Shown one piece after another: positions 63,982 to 64,000 of a stretch of DNA of 64,000 bases. Within the stretch, counting starts at the first letter, position 1. Every line of letters begins with the position of its first letter. Source of the DNA: Phoronis australis (taxonomy: Eukaryota; Animalia; Phoronida); contig NMRA01000825.1 of NCBI GenBank assembly GCA_002633005.1, positions 1 to 64,000 of the forward strand, read 5' to 3'. The notes below the pieces were generated by a model that did not search any database, was not told the DNA's origin, and saw only the letters and a program-made list of their open reading frames with translations. A program made the translations under genes and the position numbers.

Positions 63982-64000
63982 CTGGAAACAGCACGGCACT

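Overview
Eukaryotic (invertebrate-like, AT-rich, intron- and transposon-rich) genomic window; almost all ORF-track entries are spurious, and the genes were rebuilt by hand from splice sites and codon phase. (1) + strand: a complete 11-coding-exon gene (19870-47732, 446 aa) for a secreted monofunctional peptidylglycine alpha-hydroxylating monooxygenase (PHM). All six copper ligands are intact, there is no PAL or transmembrane domain, and it ends in an acidic tail. (2) - strand: a 4-exon gene (54097-50616, 181 aa) that the ORF track does not assemble. It encodes a secreted protein with a Cys-rich prodomain and a C-terminal Spaetzle/neurotrophin-type cystine knot. (3) - strand: the last exon of ribosomal protein S6 (63981-63740). 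The most unusual non-coding structure is an array of about 14 degenerate ~40-bp copies of the splice acceptor plus the first codons of the PHM exon carrying the CuM methionine (44821-45360). The remainder holds TTAA-flanked Kolobok-type elements (one with convergent THAP and KolX-like relics), a decayed CXC-domain DNA transposon, a Helentron/HINE-like element, MITEs, a foldback hairpin, tRNA-derived SINE heads, minisatellites and microsatellites. No CRISPR array, rRNA or intact tRNA was found.
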